A DNA stretch of 63,842 nucleotides, the filler included, from Phoronis australis (taxonomy: Eukaryota; Animalia; Phoronida): NCBI GenBank assembly GCA_002633005.1. It is 8 parts of 8 records of this genome, joined end to end, with 100 filler letters (N's around TTAATTAATTAA, not from the genome) between each part and the next. Parts side by side here need not be neighbours in the genome. Positions count along the whole stretch, not along the records: positions 15,568 to 38,580 come from NMRA01001378.1; positions 38,681 to 44,774 come from NMRA01002225.1; 6 more parts are not named here. One strand, 5' to 3'. This document shows positions 26,804-41,071 of this stretch, piece after piece. Made by a program: the position numbers and the translations under genes. Numbering within the stretch: position 1 is the first letter of the stretch; every line of letters starts with the position of its first letter. The notes beneath the pieces are model-generated. The model saw nothing but the letters and a program-made list of their open reading frames with translations, was not told the origin of the DNA and did not search any database.

Positions 26804-26920
26804 CACGCACACACATGCACACACACACGCACACGCACACGCACACACACGCACTATAAACATGAACAATGTGAACACAACAGGATAGCAACTAGCAGGG
26901 GTAGAGAGAGAGAGAGATAG
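26804..26920. repeat. (CA/CG)n and (GA)n microsatellites flanking a gap
   Basis: cacgcacacacatgcacacacacacgcacac at 26804-26852 and gagagagagagagatag before the Ns. Confidence 0.9.
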
Positions 26921-29221
26921 NNNNNNNNNNNNNNNNNNNNNNNNNNNNNNNNNNNNNNNNNNNNNNNNNNNNNNNNNNNNNNNNNNNNNNNNNNNNNNNN
27001 NNNNNNNNNNNNNNNNNNNNNNNNNNNNNNNNNNNNNNNNNNNNNNNNNNNNNNNNNNNNNNNNNNNNNNNNNNNNNNNNNNNNNNNNNNNNNNNNNNNN
27101 NNNNNNNNNNNNNNNNNNNNNNNNNNNNNNNNNNNNNNNNNNNNNNNNNNNNNNNNNNNNNNNNNNNNNNNNNNNNNNNNNNNNNNNNNNNNNNNNNNNN
27201 NNNNNNNNNNNNNNNNNNNNNNNNNNNNNNNNNNNNNNNNNNNNNNNNNNNNNNNNNNNNNNNNNNNNNNNNNNNNNNNNNNNNNNNNNNNNNNNNNNNN
27301 NNNNNNNNNNNNNNNNNNNNNNNNNNNNNNNNNNNNNNNNNNNNNNNNNNNNNNNNNNNNNNNNNNNNNNNNNNNNNNNNNNNNNNNNNNNNNNNNNNNN
27401 NNNNNNNNNNNNNNNNNNNNNNNNNNNNNNNNNNNNNNNNNNNNNNNNNNNNNNNNNNNNNNNNNNNNNNNNNNNNNNNNNNNNNNNNNNNNNNNNNNNN
27501 NNNNNNNNNNNNNNNNNNNNNNNNNNNNNNNNNNNNNNNNNNNNNNNNNNNNNNNNNNNNNNNNNNNNNNNNNNNNNNNNNNNNNNNNNNNNNNNNNNNN
27601 NNNNNNNNNNNNNNNNNNNNNNNNNNNNNNNNNNNNNNNNNNNNNNNNNNNNNNNNNNNNNNNNNNNNNNNNNNNNNNNNNNNNNNNNNNNNNNNNNNNN
27701 NNNNNNNNNNNNNNNNNNNNNNNNNNNNNNNNNNNNNNNNNNNNNNNNNNNNNNNNNNNNNNNNNNNNNNNNNNNNNNNNNNNNNNNNNNNNNNNNNCGA
27801 AAATCCGAAGAACCCCACACGGGAAGTTCACCTTCACTTTAAAACTGACACAAGGCCTCTGGTGCGATATTTTAATGTAAAGCTGGGTATGTACCTTAAA
27901 GTCGAATTATCTGTACGATTTCATATATTTCGAACAAAATGAAGATTCGCCGATATTTTTATTATTCTGCCGTCTGCTAAATTCCGCCAAATGAAAAGTA
28001 GGTCACAACTGATGGGATTCTCCGAGTAAGGTCGAGTCGATAACCTTATTTATACTTTTCTAATCTTCGTAGTATTTTGATTAAAGAAATCGGGTTCATA
28101 GCTCAGGCACATTTTCGTCTTGTGCTAGGAAAGCAGTTAGCTCCACTAAGTCTAGGGCTGTGTCTAAGTTAAATTAATATATGGAATTGGCCGTAATTCA
28201 ATGCACCATAAAGACATTTAAGTTAGGCCAACCTTCTGACGAACTTCCCATTTTTTGTAGTTTCGTTGCATAACGGTAGCTTTCCTTTAAGTAGCATGAT
28301 CGCTAAGTTGTGGTATGGTTACAAAAGATGACAAGCCTGGAGTACTGGCAAAAATGGCCATTTACAAAAATAACTAAAATTGTTTTTTAAATCTTCATAA
28401 ATCCAAGTATCATGTTTGACTAACTACAAAATGAATTCTCCCTAACTCTACAGGCGTAGTTTATATACTAGAGGTTCTAAAAAAATAATTCAACTGTTTA
28501 TTTTTTCATGACAACAGTTCGAACGAGGCTTTGATTCAGTAATCTAGTGCCCCTCCCTGTGCCGATCGAATCTGTCAATTTTGGTGAGAAGTTCAGTTGA
28601 ACGCCAGCCTACGGATATATAGATAACAGAAAACGTACCTCTGCTACGAAACAAAACGATGTCCATTACATGTCGAAATGAATGAAAAATAATAAAAGTT
28701 GTCCTTAAAACAACAATTTCCGGGGACAAGACTAGCTGGGATGTCCAGCAGATGCCGAGACAAAGGCGTCCAGACGAGTGAAACTCCAGAGCCAAAATCA
28801 GATAGCCACCAAACTGAAATGTGGAACAAATATATTTGTGTTTAACCTTCGAGTAATCCAGCAACATTGCCAAGTTAATGTTTAGCCGCTCGTGTGGCCG
28901 TCCACACAGTTTGATCCATCGTTTACACAGTCGACATTACTTTCCGGCTTAGGGAATGCACAAAACGTGACGGGATATTCTTTTCGAGGTATATAACGGC
29001 TGTGTGAGAATTACACACGCCATCTCAACACCGTTTCACCATTCTTATCGCACAACTTCTTGAGCTATAGACTAAAATAAGCTTTACCGACAACGTGTTG
29101 TTTGTCGGGTACAATGGCGGCTTGGAAACGCAGACGAAGGTGCGTCAGGAATACTGCGTTCTGATTGGTCAGTTAAGCCGTCAGTCATAATCCTGGCGAT
29201 AGGTCAATTATAGGCCTGCTG

Positions 29222-31590
29222 TCCCGGGAGGAATTTTTCTGAAAGTGGTCTGTGAAAAGATCTCATCGAGTGGTGTCGGCCAGGTATATCGAACCGTTTG
29301 TACATGTACATTGTATTCATGTTACGGACGGAAATTTACGGAATAGGGTCTCCTTTCACACCTTCATTTTATTCGTTTTTGTTTTTTTAGATGGTAAAAC
29401 AGACACCGCCAATACATGATCAATGTTGAACGTGTACGCGAACGACGATCCCATAAGTCTACTGGTGCTGATTAGTTTTACATTTCTTGCCGAAACCGGT
29501 AGGACATACCTTACAGAAACGCTTGCAACAGTGACTGAACACAGAATGGAAGACGACAATGGTGAAGACAATGAGATTTTGACATTCACTTTCGAACCGC
29601 GACAGTCGTTACTGTTTGAAGACCGTAACGGCAATCTTGAGATCAATCACAGCTTTCCTCACGCGTACCCCAGGGCATTGAATTTGAATATGAAAAATAT
29701 TTGCTTATAGTCCATGATCTTTTTTCTTTCAGAAAATGTATATATTCACTAGCAGTTTTTTGGTATACAAGTTAGAATGGAGGCCACTAAATGTAAGGTT
29801 TGAAATAACTTTAGCCCACTCAAGCGCACTATCTCATAACTTAGGTCTTGTCAGTTTATTTCCACGTATAACCAGATGTGGTATCTTCAAACAATACTGA
29901 AGCTTGGCATTCTCTTTTAATATCGGACATCAAAAGCGCTGCCAAGCGACCGTTTCTGCCTGCAATGTCACCGATTTTTACATGTCGCTTGGTCATGTGA
30001 ATGGTGAACTGGGTGGTCTCGCCACCTGGTGATTGAAAAAAGAACGCAGACACTATAGGTAGAGAGATCGTATCGTCCAGCTGGCGCACAGGCATGAAAA
30101 ACTGTCAACCAAGTTCTGAAAACGACGACATTTCGTGAATCCACTTAGTTCGGCAAAGAGACAATTTATGAGGAAGGGAATCCAGGCACTGAAGCTGTCT
30201 TAGGAAATGGTCGTTTGACATTGCTTTGGATGCCTGCCCGATCTTACAAGACAAATGTAGTTCTTTCTTCGTCCGTTAATTAACATTGCATGTGCAGATT
30301 ATCTAACCAGCTGGTACTCTGCTAACAGGTACACCTTTACTTAAATATGAAGACGAACATTTCGATTTGACGTAGCGAAATGCCAATCATCACGATTACG
30401 GTAAATGTAAATGTACGTTTTGTATTCATTTCGCTCCGTCGAATTACCTCCTGTACAGCGGAACTAATCTTTGCATTGAAAAAGGAACTCGCGATCATTT
30501 TTGGTGTCTTGTGTTCTTTTTGTACGATCTCAAGACTAGAGTTGGTTATTCTTTTTCTAGCCCTTTGAGTCAGGTTTCTGTGGCGGCTGTCCTCAGCTCG
30601 GTATTAACTATATATATAATAAAGCACAAATATTGTTCCAGGTGATCGATGCAATGGGTTTACAGGCTCGACCTGCGAACGTCTGGTACAACGTGTACCA
30701 TATCGCCTGCAATTATTATTTTGTTTATATGCATGAAATTTAATTTTGGCGTGAACAAAGCTCTTGAATTTTTTACGTCCGGCTGCGCCCCTAGCGGAGG
30801 CTAAAGTAACAAGTTCACGTTGTTAATGGACGGTGATGTACCGTTAAGCGTGACGATGACATTACTCAGTACTGCGGCATGACTGGGTAAAAAACAGCTT
30901 CAACTGGCATTTGGCGTTGCATTGAACTATAGTAATCACTTAGGTCGTCTAAAGTTTGTTACTTTTTCCACGCTCAAGCTAAGTAGGCCTAGTCACGACC
31001 TGCAGATCACATATCTTTCTATTCGATCCCCCTCCTATATGTGCATGTAAGTGTGAAAAATGCTGTTTACTATTTAATAAATTTCGGATTGTGCTATCGT
31101 CGTTAACTGTCATTAAAGTGTTACGATGTGATTTGCATCGTGATCTCCTAAATGCTACTAAACCAGTTATATACTATGTGTAAATTTTGATAGTCAATAC
31201 ACGTACAGTAAGTCTTGCTGTTTTACCGTTTGTATGAATCTATTTATCCTGGGCATACATTTGACATCTCGTTTCAAAATAACTTTTTCACTTCACGATC
31301 AATATTTTCCACCGTTATAATCGGCATGTTTTTTTAATGCAAAGTGCCCAAGGTTGCGAAATTTCTCATCAAGATAGTTCGGCCACTGTTGATTTCCATC
31401 ATAATGTTCATGCCATGGCCTGGAGAAGTGCCCTTAGTTCGTTATCGGTTGAGACCGTGCTTGGCGCATAAAATAAATCGATGCTAGAAGAAAATTTATT
31501 GAGTCAATTCACAAGTCATAACCATCTGTCAGCTCTCGGAAAACTTCAGTACAATTTGAGACCAATTTCGTAATTTTAAGTGGTCTGCAT
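29222..31590 (+). pseudogene. SLC10A: SLC10A copy 2, decayed tandem duplicate
   Basis: Colinear with 21627-26020, including introns. Exon 1 is truncated at ~29687; the exon 2 remnant has TAA (30802) and TGA (30880); the exon 3 acceptor is lost and most of that exon is deleted. Confidence 0.88.
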
Positions 31591-32667
31591 CCAAGTTTTG
31601 TACAAAACACATTTTAAATTCGGACGTTCAAACGATTTATTTTGTTTTAAAAGCTATGGTCGGAAAAAGAACACAACTCTACGTTTTCCGTTTCGGAGTG
31701 GTATTGAGTTAGCATCATTTGGGTTTAAGTTTCGATTGAGTTTTTAACTATAGTGAAGCGGGAAGACTTTTTAAAAGCTCCGTACGTAAAATATTCAGAG
31801 TGGTTGGAGAGCCGTATAAAATAAGAGGCACGCTGCCGGCATTTTCAAGTGGACAAAATCATTTTGTGAATAGTTTTGTTTTCCTACGAAGTGACACGGG
31901 TTTGAGAGACTTGCTGAGTTGGGAACCTCATAAATGAATTAATGAGATAGTCTCATACATATGACGTCACGCCTTTTGTTGTCTATTGCAGACAAAAGGA
32001 ACCGCCACCTGTCCCTGTGAGTAACCTTAGACTTACATGCACACTGTACCTACATGTAGCTTGATAACGCGCAGACAAAATGCTGGTCATGATGCAGTAA
32101 CTGTGAACGGCTGTAGAAATGTAAACACAACTTAACCGACAACGTCAGTGTCAAAATATCATTGCATAAATATATGTGTTCCATAATAGGAGAGATTTTG
32201 TGGGTATCATGTATAATGAGCAATCGGGTGTGAGCCTGTTTACTCAGTGTGTGTCTCACTAGCGGAAGCCGTACGACGTCTCTTCTTTTACGTGTATTAT
32301 CGCGTGAACGACCTGGGCTACAAAGCCAAATGCCCTGGTGTACTAAACACACACAAAGACTCGTTCGGGTCAACGTATATCTTATGAAATTTCTGGCACC
32401 GTGCCCTCAACTTAGAGGTAGATAACCGCTTATATTTATGTCCCATTCTTCATCCAAGAAAGCGCACGACTAGGAAAGTGAACACACAGTCACCGTCTTC
32501 CGTCTTCCGTTGATACAACGAGGTTCAATGCTCACGGTGGTTCTAGGTTTAGTGAGGTAATGACAACTTTTCACTTCTTAATTACTTTGCCAGTTAAACC
32601 CAGAGACTGTGCTTGTTCATAAGAAAAACAATTGCTTTTCACAGTTTCGATCTAACCTTTCCACAAC

Positions 32668-32817
32668 CATGGGCGGCGCAGCACTGAAAAAAGTGCGGGG
32701 TGGGGGGCTAAAGCCCCCTCAGCCCCCTGTGGTGCACCGCCTACAAACCATGTGCGGCGTAGCACCGAAAAGAGTGGGGGCTATTGCCCCCCAGCCCCCT
32801 ACGGTACTCCGCCCATG
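32668..32817. mobile_element. Tandem pair of ~70-bp micro-MITEs (TIR CATGGGCGG), 5-bp TSD ACAAC
   Basis: ACAAC|CATGGGCGGCGCAG...CCGCCCATG|ACAAC; relatives at ~16477-16545, ~34940-34982 and 41072-41141. Confidence 0.7.
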
Positions 32818-34274
32818 ACAACTCGTTGCGAATTTCAGGCTTCGAATTCCATAAATTCGTAACGATTATGAGCGGAGTCTGATCTACATATATATGACAT
32901 CCAACTAAAGATTTGCTTGCAGTAGGAGACTGGTAAGTACTACAATTGATAGGGGGAATAATGCATGGAGGTATCCCCCTATTGAATAGGAATGTGCTCC
33001 GCGATCTCGAAATCCGGATAAAAACAATAACTGTTAGAATCTAGTTATGGTAACCGCGAGACAACTGCAGAAGATGCAAGCACCTGTAGCCGAGACAAGA
33101 GTTTCTCCTTTCCCCAAGTCGTCACTTGGCAGCTTTCATTTACTGACCCAGGACGATAACTCCGAAAGCTAACCATCACATTAAAAGGCAAAATACTCAC
33201 ATGAGAAAGGATACCTCAATGTAGGCAAAATACCCCACTAGTAATATGACACTAAGTACTCAGTTCAGAAACTGTGACTAGCAGCACTACATGAACACCA
33301 CAAAACTGATCCCTTATGCCATCTTTTTTGCTCATTTACTCTACCTGATGCTAGTGGTACACTATTTAGGATACTTGCCACGTTCGTCTTCTTGAATTGA
33401 AATATCAAATGAATTTTTGTTTAGATCTGGGATTATTTTGATGAAGAAAATTGACCCAGGCTAAAACTTGGGCAGAAATTTGGTACTCTAACGTGTCACA
33501 TAATTAAATCTCAGTTGAGCAGAAGTGGCAAGTTTCTGAGAATATGTACATAACTGCTAGCTATTTAGAAAACTTTTGAATCATATTTGTTTCAGCCACA
33601 AAACCTTTGTTCTTCAATTGTGTAGTTGGAGCGTACGATCAAATTCGTGTCTTAAAGTCAGACGTCGATCACAGCCAATGTGATCTATTGTGCAAAGCAA
33701 ACATATCGTTGCATGACACAGCCCCAACAAGGATTCGATTACGTTCCTCCTCTAGCACATTTGTAGACTTAGTTTAGCCATTAGAGTTAGATTTTTCTAA
33801 CCATACCCAAAATATGTTAATTATGAGCTCCTCTTTCACTCGTGACATTTCCCTAAGCATATGTCTGAGAACTGAGCCCTTATCTCAACGCAAATAAATA
33901 GGGACTAAGTCCGGATAGGATGTTACATAAAATTGCAATCAGTGATTGAACGAGCTTTGATACACAGCGAGACTAAACCCTTCGTTGAATTTTCAACATT
34001 TCGAAACGGGGAGGGAGCTCCCCATCCAACGTTACTAACTTGAAGACTTAGTCCGTAATCAGTCAAAATAAGGCGTTCGGATATGGAAAATGTTACAAGC
34101 AAACGATTTGCTTGTAATAAAGATAAAATGGTGGAAAATATGAGGTTAGAGATAAATTAACGTAGACGATGAACTTTCTTTACCCCCACCCCCGAGAGTT
34201 CCCCAATAGTTAAATCACACAGGGTGTACCGTTGTTTTGCGAGTAAGGTGAAGTCATCTCCTTAAGCTTGATTC

Positions 34275-34514
34275 ACCTGATAAAGACACACGCATGTGAC
34301 TTTAAGTTATCTTACGACCAATAGTCACATATTTATTTGCTTCAGTGTAAACAAAATTCATGAAATTGGCACCGTTATCTTATCCGCGTGAGTATCCCAT
34401 GTACCTTTTACTTATAAAGCACTGAACCAGAACGAGCCGAAGACCCGAATACTAGGACTTGGAATTTCTGGGAGCTAACGGTGTAATTTTTGTCTCTACA
34501 ATCCAAAACAGCAG
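34275..34514 (+). promoter_or_regulatory. Candidate TATA promoter with GATA/Fox motif cluster and non-coding first exon
   Basis: TGATAA 34278, TTATCT 34307 and 34375, TGTAAACAAA 34346, TATAAA 34413, and donor CAG|GTACGA at 34514/34515. Confidence 0.3.
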
Positions 34515-37151
34515 GTACGAAAAAGTGCTTCATTTGTTTTATTGCTCACAATAGAAATTGAGCTTATACGACACCAAACACATTAAATTGTTTAGCTGAG
34601 TGCAGGTATCGAATTAGCCAGCCATCTAGCTGTATGAAGACTGTCGTCAAAATATATATTTAGTATACAGCTTTGTACCAAGGCTAGTATCGAATACGCA
34701 CAACAAAGCTTTTGTGTCAAGCACGCTATTTGGACATAATATTCGTCATTTTCCTTGCGACGTTTTGAATTTAAAAGTAGAGCTTGAGAAACATTTTTAG
34801 AGCCAAGTCTTATCTTCCTCTTTTCTAACGGAACTTTAAGGACCTTGAACTAATTTTCAATAGGTTAAAATCATACAGGCGTATACATTGAAGATCGAAA
34901 TCCTTTCCTCCTCTGTGACCATTCAATAATAACTTAACTCATGGGCGGCGCAGCACTGAAATAAGTGGGGGAGGCTGTAGCCGTATTTAAATGCTCAATC
35001 CGCGAAATTAAATTTTTTAGACTCCTTGCCAATTCTTTAAAATTTTGAGGAAACTCGTTTCCAGGCAACATTATTTTTACTAACCAATCGTATCAACCAT
35101 ACCATGAAAGCCAGAACGATTGAACATTTTCACGGATCCTGCTGTCACTGCATTAAACTCAGAGTGAAGTTTCGCCTCGGCTAGTCGCTAAAGCAAAATG
35201 TTTCGCATTATTGTCAAATACACGCGCAATGAAACTTTTGTGATATGTATTCTGTGTTTACTGTAAAAAAGATCATGTGCCGCAAGATTGTCATCGCAGT
35301 GGCCTTGCATGAGAACTGAGCCTTAGTTCGAAGCACTTGAGTTTATAGGTTCCTCAATCACCACTAAGGTCACTCACTACTCAAAAACATAGAAGTTGGA
35401 CACTCAGTAATATCGGTTTGCTCAGAATTTTCTAATAAAATGTGGACGAAACTCTTATGAAATCAGCATCGAAGAAATCTTTAAATACCTTCTTTTATTT
35501 TATCACATCAAATTGCTTTCTAGTGGTGATTTGATGCCAAAAATACCTAAGAAACGCCAAAATCACAAATTCAAGGACTAGGCTATTTTGTGACGTTGAG
35601 ATGGCAGACGACCTTTGTAATCATCCGGATTTTTCACGGACGCTGCCGAAGCAATCCGAATCCCTGTTTTCACACCTCCACGAATGTTATTTGACTGTCA
35701 CCCACTTAATTTAGTATCAATTTGTTGTTTATAGCATAGGCGGATTTAGGGGNCGGCAGTGGCGTTGGGCACTACTCCGTTTCCGTCGTCTGCTCCACCT
35801 TGCAATGAAGAAAATTACTTCATGTTTTAAAGAAAATGGAATCTGAGTGACGATGAAAAACAGGAGCTGCTGGTAAGATGTGAATTTTAATCGAAGCCTT
35901 AGTGAATCATTCAGAAACTCATAATTCTCTCTTTGTCAAACCTTAACTTAAGAGGATTTTCAAAGCAATCGCGTCATTATAATTGCCAACACAAAAAACG
36001 AATTTGGTCTTTTGGACAATTAAAAACTATTTTAAATACAAAAAATGTTACGAACTGTTCTTCACAAAATATAAAGCGTGTAATAAGCATTACAAATAGA
36101 AGTAGGTTTCGCGCGCAAACGCTGTGGACCATAAACAAGTAGGTCTCTTGGTATCAAATTGGTAGTTAAATCGTGGTGGTGCAGTGGCTCTATCCGCCAG
36201 ATCGTGAGTTTGAGTCTGTGGTAATTGCGGTTTTTCCTGTTTGACACGTTCCCCGTGTATTTTTTGCCTTTTTTTCTTGGATAACACTTCAAGAATCAAG
36301 GAAATGCTTGATTTTTAGAGGAAAAAACAGAAATATTTCCTGGGCGGGAGGAGAGCAAACCCAACTCCCGACTTCCGGTGCTATGCGCATCTACAATCGT
36401 GCATTACAGGCAAAATTTGCCCCCCCCCTTGTGATATCCTAGATCCGCCACTGTTCTAAGTTAAGTGATAAAAATTTCTTGTCTTTGACATACATGTACA
36501 CTGTATAGGCGTTACTGGCTCAAACTCGAACTTTTATCTTCGACAGGCCGGCTATGTTAACTATTTAGCCTCCTTCCGTTCAGTCCAGTTTTCTGATTGT
36601 TTTGAAAATTCCGTCGCCAATTCACAATTCACAAGGGCAATTTAATGGGATCAGGGGAGCTGAGATAAGGCTTTGAGGTTTATGCAATACCAGTCTGACG
36701 AAGGTGCGCGCAGATTTGATTTGGATTTGGGACGGTCGCAGTTGTCGGAGCTTAGGCTCAGTAAAGTTTTAATGTCCAGTTTTATGTTTCGTATATGGTT
36801 ATGAGTCATCGGGAAATTCGTCTGCCTGTGGTACAAAGTGTTCTTTCTCGATGATTTAACGTGTACATGTATTTGAGTACATCGAACGGGAGATGCGATG
36901 AAGACGATTGCAATATCTGTATTACTGTGTAGTAATGTGCACAGTAACGTCACACGGAAATAAACGAACTTTGTATCGAATGAACATGGTGCCAACGGCG
37001 ACAACAAATGAATAGACAGAAGATTTTTGTTTTCTTTTGTGGAAATTGTGTTCAACTTGAGCGTAAAACGCGTTATTTGAATTAGAGTGCAGAGTATGTG
37101 GATAACGAAAGTAACATACATGTAGTTGTCTCAGAATATTCTTTAGAGAGT

Positions 37152-38580
37152 GTTTTGAGTCATTTCACATCACAAGCGATACAAATGAGCACACAAACTT
37201 CATTCTGACTTGTATTTTTGATCCTTTCACTTTTCCTGAAAAGTAAATTAGGCTACGAAAAATGGGGCAAAAACAAAATTGGCATTTTCACCCCAAACGT
37301 AATACTTACCTGCCGATGCGCAACAGCCATCATTAGATTCTGAAAGAAACGATTCCTACGAAATCTATAAAGGTGCCCCAATAATAATTGTCAATCAACT
37401 AGTTTTTATTCCGGCTTGCTTGAGAGTTAGCGCGATTTCTCAAAAACTACCCATCAATGCACAAGCGCAACAGAGAACCCCATCTTGAAGAAGCGTGTAT
37501 CTACAGCCGACCAAGTGATCTTTTTTCAGTCCCAATCAGTTCACAAATACAAAAAGACCAGATTCACTGAGCGTACCTCAAAACTGCCCCCAATCCTGGC
37601 GTACCCCTAAAATATATTTTTGGCACTGCAAATTGACAGTTGTTCAGTGCTACCTGAGGACGCAAGGAGATAACCTGAGTGGATATCAATTAGATAATGC
37701 AAGAGAAGTAAATGTGGTTTCCACAAGCTCAGCCTAGGTGTGAGGACAATACCAGACTAAACAAATTTCGGATTTCTGAACCAACATTTTAAGCGGTCTA
37801 TTCTTCGCAGTAGTTCGCTAATTTCGTATCCTGAAATTTGAAAACGGTGATACTTCACCTACTGTCATAAAGATGCATTTTCACGAATCACGCTTGTTTC
37901 CACATGAGAGACATGTAAAATTATGTAATCTCTGACACGGCGCTACCTGCCTTTTGTAGCACTGTGAAAGAGTGTAGAGAATTTAGATGTAAAGTTTACC
38001 CTTCCGTGCGATTGCCGGCTAATCAGCAAATGCAATGTTTTGATGCGCCATAAAATGTCTCGGCTGACACTGTATCAGTAGCTACCAATAAGCTAACATA
38101 TGTCGCTCAGTCCGACATCTTGCATTCGTCAGGAAATGGGCAGGAACAGAATGTTTTGTTATAAGTTAAGCTTTCGTTTGGGTGAGCTACAAGTACATTG
38201 CAAATACCACGCTTTAGTCATGAGTCAAAGCACTATCAAACCCGTCAAAAAGTTTTGATTAAGGCAACATACGGTCATTTATTACTTAGCAAAAGTTTTA
38301 TCCAAGTCTCTTACTCATTCATAATTTTCTTGTTTGTTTGTTCATTTGCGTTTTTTCTTTGTTTCCACACTACAGTTAGCATTTATTAACTGATCTTAAC
38401 GAAACTTGTGTTCAACATGTGCCTTGTTAATAGTGCCGAGGCCTAATGACTGAAATCAACACAAGATGGCGATGTGGCGCTTTTCTGAGCAATAGGCCGC
38501 TTTCTGGGGTGGGGGGGTGGGGAATTTTTTCAAATGTGGTCTGTGGATAGATTTCGTCGAGTGCTATCGGTCATTAGGAG
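37152..38580 (+). repeat. Duplicate of the SLC10A copy-1 upstream region (19905-21690); probable third copy cut by the segment end
   Basis: Colinear similarity, e.g. GGCATTTTCACCCCAAA, CCCAATCAGTTCACAAATACAAAAAGA and GACTGAAATCAACACAAGATG present in both. Confidence 0.88.
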
Positions 38581-38680
38581 NNNNNNNNNNNNNNNNNNNN
38601 NNNNNNNNNNNNNNNNNNNNNNNNTTAATTAATTAANNNNNNNNNNNNNNNNNNNNNNNNNNNNNNNNNNNNNNNNNNNN

Positions 38681-38779
38681 TCATTGGTTACTTTAATATG
38701 AACATCCATTGACCCAAACTGAATGACTGGCATAAGTTCATTGGTTACTTTAATATGAACATCCATTGACCCAAACTTG
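38681..38779. repeat. ~57-bp direct repeat x2
   Basis: TCATTGGTTACTTTAATATGAACATCCATTGACCCAAACT at 38681 and 38738. Confidence 0.85.
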
Positions 38780-39539
38780 ATTTAGATCAGTGCATTTCAA
38801 GTTCGCTTCTTCGCGCTGCACGACAATTCTGCCTGCAACCTGCGTGATCATCAACATAATGTTCATGAAAAAAATGTTAAAGTTTATTGTTCAGTAATGC
38901 TCCTGCTGTATAACAGTCACCATTTAACCTTGCATAAAATGTGGTTATCAAATCTCCGAAACGTTGTTAGTGCGTCGCAAGCTACAACATTACCGATCAA
39001 TATGCCCAGAACGTGGATGGAACAACTTTTATATCGGTTAATTCCGACAGCTGCTACAAAGACGAAGTTGACCGATCGACGATGTTTATAAGAATGTATT
39101 TGGGAACAATTGTAATTAATGTTTTTTATTTAGGCGCAACTCACCGACTCCTCTCCGTTATCAGTCGAAAAGCTAATGTCCGTCTCGTCGAAACATCCGA
39201 CATTCTTCCGTTCTTTGACAAAGCACAGTGCACCGCAAATGGTGCTGATGCAGGAAGCGCATTCCCCTATGTAACTGAACATTTTAGATATCTCACAGGA
39301 TAGTATAAGTCGTATCAAAAGCACGACTAGACACGACATGGAAACCATGAGAATGTAAACATTACGTAACATCATTCATGACGTTGGGTGACGTTGTCAT
39401 GATTGTTGACGTACAAAACATCACAAAAATGACGAGATCACTTTTGAAATATAAATCGACTATTTTGGGCGTAATCTCTAACAGTTTAAACTTTAGTCGT
39501 AACTGTGAAATATTTTCACTGATTTTGAAATAGATGAGG

Positions 39540-40514
39540 ATTTATTCAACATCAGTCGTTTTGAAATAGATGAGGATTTATTCAACACCAGTCGTTTCAT
39601 ATTTATTCAACATCAGTCGTTTTATATTTATTCAACATCAGTCGTTTTATATTTATTCAACATCAGTCGTTTTATATTTATTCAACATCAGTCGTTTAAT
39701 ATTTATTCAACATCAGTCGTTTTATATTTATTCAACATCAGTCGTTTCATATTTATTCAACATCAGTCGTTTTATATTTATTCAACATCAGTCGTTTTAT
39801 ATTTATTCAACATCAGTCGTTTTATATTTATTCAACATCAGTCGTTTTATATTTATTCAACATCAGTCGTTTTATATTTATTCAACATCAGTCGTTTTAT
39901 ATTTATTCAACATCAGTCGTTTTATATTTATTCAACATCAGTCGTTTCATATTTATTNNNNNNNNNNNNNNNNNNNNNNNNNNNNNNNNNNNNNNNNNNN
40001 NNNNNNNNNNNNNNNNNNNNNNNNNNNNNNNNNNNNNNNNNNNNNNNNNNNNNNNNNNNNNNNNNNNNNNNNNNNNNNNNNNNNNNNNNNNNNNNNNNNN
40101 NNNNNNNNNNNNNNNNNNNNNNNNNNNNNNNNNNNNNNNNNNNNNNNNNNNNNNNNNNNNNNNNNNNNNNNNNNNNNNNNNNNNNNNNNNNNNNNNNNNN
40201 NNNNNNNNNNNNNNNNNNNNNNNNNNNNNNNNNNNNNNNNNNNNNNNNNNNNNNNNNNNNNNNNNNNNNNNCAGTCGTTTTATATTTATTCAACATCAGT
40301 CGTTTTATATTTATTCAACATCAGTCGTTTTATATTTATTCAACATCAGTCGTTTTATATTTATTCAACATCAGTCGTTTTATATTTATTCAACATCAGT
40401 CGTTTCATATTTATTCAACATCAGTCGTTTAATATTTATTCAACATCAGTCGTTTTATATTTATTCAACATCAGTCGTTTTATATTTATTCAACATCAGT
40501 CGTTTCATATTTAT
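39540..40514. repeat. 25-bp satellite (ATTTATTCAACATCAGTCGTTTTAT)n spanning a gap
   Basis: Highly homogeneous 25-nt period. Confidence 0.97.
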
Positions 40515-41071
40515 TTTTTAAAAGAATGAGACAAAATACGAAAATGAAGCGATTCTTTGTAAAAACTTAAAATTTTCTGTTTTGGTCGTACTCTTAAACT
40601 ATCATTTGCCGTGCATGTTTTCTCACATATACTTGGATGATTTTTTTAACTGCTTATTCCATGTATTGAGTTTCATCAACATTACTGTGAGTTGTCACCA
40701 ATATAGACATATTTTTGTAAATTACGATGTTTGTGTACAATTTGCGAATCAGCTGGTTTGTATGTAAATTCGTTGAAAGTTTTGAATTTCGCCCTAAAAA
40801 CCTTTCAAATCTAAAACGACACAAAAACAGATCAAAATACAAAAGTAAAATATAATTTCCAAATTTTCAGAGTAAATGTTCTTAAGTCCATACAATGTCT
40901 TGCCAGATAGCTGACCCAGGTCAAAACCTTTTAACTAAATATGTAATGGTGGTTATTCAGTTACATTGCTGTTGTATGACTGTAGATTTAACACGTAACT
41001 GTTGTCAATTTTTTAAGTAAAACAAAAAGTTTAAAAGAAATCACCAAGGAGTGATTTTCTATTCGCAACAT

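Noticed and set aside
39540-40529. 25-bp and 32-bp arrays as CRISPR; the 319-aa ORF at 39570
   Set aside because: Head-to-tail units without unique spacers, no cas genes and a eukaryotic context; the ORF is a translation of the satellite plus Ns.
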